DNA from: an uncultured virus (IMG/VR IMGVR_UViG_3300017991_000099)
Lineage: Duplodnaviria > Heunggongvirae > Uroviricota > Caudoviricetes
DNA length: 64,000 nt
IMG/VR virus record: IMGVR_UViG_3300017991_000099
Reading direction: 5' to 3' (one strand)
Notes under the pieces: model-generated
Database searches by the model: none
What the model was told of the DNA's origin: nothing
What the model saw: the letters and a program-made list of their open reading frames with translations, nothing else
Part shown: one piece after another, positions 58,294 through 64,000 of the stretch
Numbering within the stretch: position 1 is the stretch's first letter
Layout of the letters: every line of letters begins with the position of its first letter
Position numbers and translations under genes: made by a program

Positions 58294-58620
58294 ATGAAGG
58301 TCGAAATTACTGGCTTCAACAAAGAGCGTAAGATTCCCGCTATCAAGGCTGTCCGTACTTTGACAGGTATGGGCCTCAAGGAATCCAAAAACATTATTGA
58401 CGATACTCAGGATGGAAATAAACATAGTATCGAAACCAATCCTGAATTTGATGTGCGTCAGATTGTCAATATTTTGGATGAAGGAGAAGTTCAATACAAC
58501 ATTATTTCCAATCTTGTTACTCACCATTTGAAGGAAACACTTCAGGTTGCTCTTGATAAACACAACTTTGAACTGGTTTGTGATCTTGCTGCCGTTGCTA
58601 AAAAGCATGGATTGGAGTAA
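58294..58620 (+). CDS. protein with ribosomal bL12 C-terminal-like domain
   Basis: KIPAIKAVRTLTGMGLKESKNIID. Confidence 0.7.
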   Translation: MKVEITGFNKERKIPAIKAVRTLTGMGLKESKNIIDDTQDGNKHSIETNPEFDVRQIVNILDEGEVQYNIISNLVTHHLKETLQVALDKHNFELVCDLAAVAKKHGLE

Positions 58621-58624
58621 AAAA

Positions 58625-60698
58625 ATGAATGTTTATCTTGCAGAACCGGGATTTGTTAATCCAGTATTCAAGAGTGGAATTCAAACTGTTCGCTGCTGGG
58701 ATGCTTTGAAACACTATCTCGAAAAGGAAGTTGCACTGAAAGAGAATGAAGAAATTGAAGCTATCGAAGTTGGGGGATACGGAATAAAAATCAAGATTGT
58801 TCAGAAATAATTGAGTTGACTTTTGTATATATAATTGTTGGAAGGGAATGGACCTAACCAACAAAAACATAAGGGAGAACAAAACAATGTCAGTCAATGC
58901 AAGGGGTGGAGAGTTTCGTGGTTCCGAGCGTTCCCAGGCACACAATGCAATTTTCGAGTGTCCTATCTGTGGCACTATGAACACCAAGCGTAAGTCTTTT
59001 GCTGTTCGTGGTGGTCGTTTTTGTAAGAAGCACGGGGACGAGACTTCTGTTATTATGGTCATGGATCACCGCAAGAAGAGAAAGAGAGCGTAAAAATGGC
59101 TAAATACGAAGCGGAAAGAGAATTGATCAAGAGAAACCTTAGCACTATGGGAGTGACGAAAGGTGCAATGAAGGGGTGCAGAATCAACACGTTACGTATG
59201 ATGTTGCTTGAAAAGGTGCTTCCTATGAGCCAAGAAAATCGGCAGATCATTATGAGGGCGGTTTGGCCCAACGGAATGCCAAATAATGACTGAAAAATCT
59301 CTTTTGTTCTGAATTTTTTACTTTAACTTTTGTATATATAAAAAGAAAGGAAACAAAACAAATGGCTAAGTCAAAAAAGCAACTTTACGAAGAAGCAGTT
59401 GAGCGGAACCTTGCAACTGCCCAAAACGCCAAAAAGAGCAAGTATAAGGGTATGGCGTTCAATGAGGCAAAAATTAAGATTGGGATTCGCAACGACGACG
59501 AATCTTATGACGATCAGGTAAAACAAGCAATCAAATAGCAAAATCACAAAAGATAAATAAAAATGAATGATTGGCCTAAGTATGATCGACCGTTTTTCTT
59601 CCATGTCAATACGGATCTTTTGGCTTTTAAGGAAATTACCGTATGTGCCAAACCTAAAGAACCTGGAAGTGAATATTTTGCAGTTGGAGTAGCCTGTTGC
59701 AGTAAAGGTGACTCGTACAATAAGAAGTTGGGAAATAGGATTGCAAGGGGCCGAGCTACTGTCAGGTCAAATATTTCAGTTAAAGCAAAGAGTCCTACTG
59801 AATTGAAAAATGTTGTTGATTCTCTTGCCCATGATATAGACGAAAAACAGCATTGGCTCTATAAAGATAAGAATTGTGCTTGCGGATCTTGCTCGCACTA
59901 AAAGAAATCCCTTGTGTCCTGGGTAGAGAGAGTATGTTTATCCCCCACCTAAAAACTGCCCAACAAAAATATGCTCTCTCTACCCTCTCCCTTGTTATAT
60001 AAAGGATAAATAAAAATGTCAGAAGAAGATAATAGACTCACTCCCAAATACTGCAAAAAATGTGGTACTCAACAATATTCCACTATTGTTTGCCCTATCT
60101 GTGGAAATAAATCATATACAACATTCAAACAAAAGAAAATCCTTGGCGGTAGAGAAATATTAGACGAAAACCCACACGATAAATATGGAAATGATTAGAA
60201 ACTTTTGCTCCTGGAATTGTATATACATAAAGAAATAACAAAATGAAGAAATGCCCTGTTTGTTCTAGTACAAAATACTAGAACAATATGCAAACCCAAA
60301 GACGAACTAAGAGAATGTAAATCCTGTGGACATATCTATCTCAAACAAGAAAGAAAATAAAAATGTTCAATATAGACTCGCAACCTAGATACTTACACGA
60401 TTGCGATAATTGCCTTTTCCTTGGCTGTTATAAAGAGTTTGATTGCTACTGGTGTCAAGGCTCTACCTCAATCGCTGGAGGCTCTGTAATCGCTCGATAT
60501 GGCTCAGAAGGACGTGAATATAGCTCAAGTCCTGTTGCTATTGTCCTGTATGCTGATATTACAGATAATGTCCTCTTCAAAATTGCCCAATATCTACTAA
60601 GAGCAGGATATATCAAACTACAAGTAAACCAGGAAAGAATTGAAGAAGACGAACCACTCTATGAAAGCCTATGGAATGCAAGAAAAACTGTATATTGA
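58625..60698 (+). CDS. hypothetical genes 58625-58810, 58887-59093, 59096-59293, 59362-59538, 59563-59901, 60016-60198, 60363-60698
   Basis: co-oriented, closely packed ORFs. Confidence 0.7.
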
Positions 60699-60906
60699 TA
60701 AATTCGGCAATCGCTACTGGTATAATGATGATGGATACCTGCATCGTAATAATGGACCAGCAGTAGAATGGAATAGTGGCTCTAAAACATATGCTAAAGA
60801 TGGAAGAATAATAAGACACTCATATCCTTTGAAATATAACGATAATATCTCGCAATCATTTATTCTCTGTGCAATGGGCTTTCCAAGAATAAAAGGAATA
60901 AAATAA
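60676..60906 (+). CDS. HRxDGPA-repeat protein
   Basis: IDKFGNRYWYNDDGYLHRNNGPAVEW. Confidence 0.8.
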   Translation: MQEKLYIDKFGNRYWYNDDGYLHRNNGPAVEWNSGSKTYAKDGRIIRHSYPLKYNDNISQSFILCAMGFPRIKGIK

Positions 60907-60974
60907 AAAACAGGGAACAAACTCCTTTTGCCAAGCGTATGTATTCGAACGCTATATAAAAAGGAGAATATACA

Positions 60975-61325
60975 ATGAAAGATCCCAAAGATTACCTGAA
61001 GAAACCCAAACCAGTTGTCATTGATAGAGGAGCATATGGCCTAAAAGAAGGTCAACAAGTCCCAATAGAATTCTGCCCTGCATTTGTATGTATCGACTGT
61101 GGACATAAACAAAGAGAAACATGGTCGAAAATGAAACGGGCCGCAATGCCTAGATGCCAATTGTGCGGTGGAGCCTTAGACCTGCCAACAAAAGTAAAAG
61201 AAGAAGCAAAGAAAGATAGAGAAATTGACAGTACAGATTATAGATGTAAAAAATGTGGATGCAAATTAAGAAGAGGAAATTTTGATGATTATTGCTCCCC
61301 ATGTCAAAATTCCTTCAAGTTATAA
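60975..61325 (+). CDS. zinc-ribbon hypothetical protein
   Basis: four CxxC pairs; AAGGAG RBS. Confidence 0.75.
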   Translation: MKDPKDYLKKPKPVVIDRGAYGLKEGQQVPIEFCPAFVCIDCGHKQRETWSKMKRAAMPRCQLCGGALDLPTKVKEEAKKDREIDSTDYRCKKCGCKLRRGNFDDYCSPCQNSFKL

Positions 61326-61547
61326 TTCCTGAATAGTCGATATAATATATAGGGAACAAAAGGAAGCCAACACTGGTTCCTTAAAAAGAGGAAGCCATGA
61401 CATAACCCCCAATTAGAAAGGGGAATATGAACATGGTACGCTTTATTGCGGCAAGAGTTTTAGTAGCAGCAGTAAAAACATTGGCAAAATTGGCAATCAA
61501 GTTGGCAGGCCATGGATACTTCGAAATACAAATATTCAGAATAAAAA

Positions 61548-61769
61548 ATGGCTAACTTACACATAGATGAAAATGGTAGTAGATATTGGTTTGAAGAAGA
61601 TGATTTGCATAGAGATAATGGTCCCGCTGTTGAATTTATGGACGGTAGTAAAATATGGTATTACAAAGGCGAATACCATAGAGATAACGGACCAGCTGTA
61701 GAATGGAATGATGGATTTAAAGAATGGTATAAACACGGTAGGCTAATCAAAAGCGAAGGAGTAGAATAA
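61548..61769 (+). CDS. HRxDGPA-repeat protein
   Basis: HRDNGPAVE x2. Confidence 0.85.
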   Translation: MANLHIDENGSRYWFEEDDLHRDNGPAVEFMDGSKIWYYKGEYHRDNGPAVEWNDGFKEWYKHGRLIKSEGVE

Positions 61770-61804
61770 CCTAATAATTAGTCCAAATCAAATGTGGAAT
61801 ATTA

Positions 61805-62253
61805 TTAGACCTTATCTTTACCCCTTTCCTCCTTCCAATCCAATGCCAATAACTTTTCTTTATTCTTATTATACTCTTCTTCGTTAGATAAGAAAAATTG
61901 ACGATAATTCCAGTAACGATGACCATTTCTTACAGTGCTATACCACATTGTCAATACACGATTATCATCCATTTTTCCTATCCTCCTGAATATATACAAT
62001 TCCTACACTGAAAATTTCCTAAAACTAATAGAGAAATTCAAAAACCCAAACATTACCATACAATTCCATCAGAAGAACCCCTATTCCCCTCAATGAAATC
62101 CTTCTTTGCCTGCTTCCGGTTCTGTCCGTATACATGAATCTTATTCGGACAATAAGAAACATCGTGCCAAAAATGATGCGGAAAATCAGCACCCTCCACA
62201 ACTTCATACTTCGCCTTCTGCTTGCAATGATAACAATGCAAACCCATATTCAT
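61805..62253 (-). CDS. hypothetical genes 61805-61972, 62053-62253
   Basis: promoter and RBS each. Confidence 0.65.
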
Positions 62254-62389
62254 ATCCCCTTATATATACAAACAACAAACCCCTTTTCCAACACCTATAT
62301 ATATACAATACCAACCCCAATAATTTCTAAACAAAACAAAAGGGAAGGGGGATAATTATTTCTATCCCCCTTCCCTGAATAACCAACCC

Positions 62390-63211
62390 TTACGCTTCAA
62401 CCCCAATCTCTTCAGCGGTCTTAAGAATGTGCTCAACAATCTTGCACACCCGGTTGACCACCTTGTAGCAAGCATCCGCCACAGACTTGCCTTCCCGTTC
62501 CGCCCAAGTCTTGACATACTCAAAACAACCGCCCAAATCCGCTTCAGTCTCGTAACCGATGCACTTCAGAAGAACCGCACCAGCAAACTCGGCAGTCACT
62601 TCACCCAAAGCACGACTGTCTTTGCCAAGGTTGCCCAGCAGATCGTCGCTCTTGTGTGCCAACTCATGCGCCCAAGTTGACAGATTCTTAGTGCCAAGGC
62701 CAATCGCGTTCGGTCCAGGCATGTAAACACCCAAAGCACCATGCTCAGAACCATTGAAAGCCTCGACCGAAACCCCCCAATGCTTCGCAACTTCAATCAG
62801 GGGCAAACTCGACATAAACTCTTGCACATCTGAAGCATGTTCAATCGGCTTGCCTTCAGTCTGTTCCAAGCCGTAAACCCGCACAGCCTTGAAACCGATC
62901 AAAAACGACTTCTTTTCGCCCGTATCCTTGTCCTTGTAAGAACGCATGACAGGGGCAAGAATGTGAACCGGATTGCTCCATTCCTCGCTCTTCACCCAAC
63001 GACCCAGCTTTTTCCACTGTTTGGCTCCACGGGCATCAGAATAACCATGCAACAGCACAATCAGCCGGTTCATAAAGCTGTAACCCGAAATGTGCTTATC
63101 CGCAGCCCCCTGAACAAACACCTGAGAAAGAGCCGCAGGAATATCGCCATTCTCAAAGGCCCGGATCACACTGTTTGCTGCATTCTGTGCCTGCCCAAAA
63201 TACTTAGCCAT
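62390..63211 (-). CDS. ArdC-like (DUF1738) ssDNA-binding/antirestriction protein with zincin-like domain
   Basis: YSFMNRLI..., QWKKLGRWVK, VYGLEQTEG, WAHELAH, EVTAE. Confidence 0.75.
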   Translation of the reverse strand: MAKYFGQAQNAANSVIRAFENGDIPAALSQVFVQGAADKHISGYSFMNRLIVLLHGYSDARGAKQWKKLGRWVKSEEWSNPVHILAPVMRSYKDKDTGEKKSFLIGFKAVRVYGLEQTEGKPIEHASDVQEFMSSLPLIEVAKHWGVSVEAFNGSEHGALGVYMPGPNAIGLGTKNLSTWAHELAHKSDDLLGNLGKDSRALGEVTAEFAGAVLLKCIGYETEADLGGCFEYVKTWAEREGKSVADACYKVVNRVCKIVEHILKTAEEIGVEA

Positions 63212-63791
63212 TTTTGTATCTCCCTTGTCCCTTGTTCTCTGTGGCTTGAACCCCATTGTTCTCGCCACAACCAGATAAACAATTCTCAAGACGATTTTTT
63301 CGACACTATCTTTTTTTTATTTTGATACGAATTTTTCGAATCCAGAATTGTATATCTGAACCCATGTGCTAAAAATAGACCTTGGCGTAACTCTGGACCA
63401 AGGGCGCGTATGTCCCTTCCCGCAATAAAATAAACAAATCTCAAGACAATATTTTCGACACTATCTTTTATTTATTTAGATACGAAAAAATTGATCTGAC
63501 TTTTGTATATACATTCAGGACAAGACAAGGGAGAAAAGAACAATGGCTAAGAACATGAAAAACAACAAAAACAAGAAGCAGAAAAGCAACACAATCACTA
63601 TCCCCGTCGAACACAAGGCCCCAAGGGTTTTCTTCAAGAAACAGACCCACAAGGACAAGAAAAAGCATGCAAAAAAGTATGCTTGTCGCGGAAAAAATTG
63701 GGATTAGTTACGAAAAAATTGATCTACGTTTTGTATATATAATTGTTGGAAGGGAATGAGCCCAACCAACAAAACAAGGGAGACACAAAAC

Positions 63792-64000
63792 ATGGCAATC
63801 ACCCGCGAAAAGGTCTGCATCGACGGCAAGGTTTACGAGCGCGAAATTGACACAAACGAAGCACAGGTCCACCGCTTCATGGTCAGCGATCAAATCATGG
63901 GTCGCCTTGGCCTCCGGTTAGACTCCTACGCAGCAAGAGTCGAACAGGGACGCAAAGGCCCAATGGCCTCCGCAATGGCCGCTCGCAACCACAAGAATGG
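63792..64000 (+). CDS. hypothetical protein (partial)
   Basis: promoter, AAGGGAG RBS, open to window end. Confidence 0.6.
   Translation, partial: MAITREKVCIDGKVYEREIDTNEAQVHRFMVSDQIMGRLGLRLDSYAARVEQGRKGPMASAMAARNHKN

Noticed and set aside
61397..61406. ATG-ACA-TAA minigene after GAGGAAG
   Set aside because: Too short to distinguish from chance

Overview
AT-rich segment of what is almost certainly a large (jumbo-type) dsDNA bacteriophage genome; standard code 11 fits all long ORFs. It is mostly an accessory/early region of more than 130 short, mainly unknown genes. They sit in 1-4-gene cassettes, each headed by one phage-type promoter motif (AAAT(T/A)(T/A)T-N11-TTGT(A/C)TAT; roughly 70-80 copies by eye). 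Recognisable genes: NAD-dependent DNA ligase, PolX, Rnl1-type RNA ligase, HAD and metallo-phosphatases, nucleotidyltransferase, methyltransferase, gp88-like, ArdC-like, bL12-like, and three homing endonucleases. There are five tRNAs. Highlights: (i) a tRNA(CAT) split by a group I intron whose HNH ORF reads through the ribozyme's P1-P4 elements; (ii) tRNA 5' stubs directly upstream of endonuclease-linked tRNAs; (iii) about 17 dispersed HRxDGPA-repeat paralogues that share identical DNA modules; (iv) a 16-mer with strict strand polarity; (v) an 11-mer cluster at an apparent skew switch near 3.8 kb (candidate origin); (vi) an ORF-less IS200/IS605 derivative; (vii) several candidate structured RNAs. 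All family calls come from motif recognition by eye, not from database searches.
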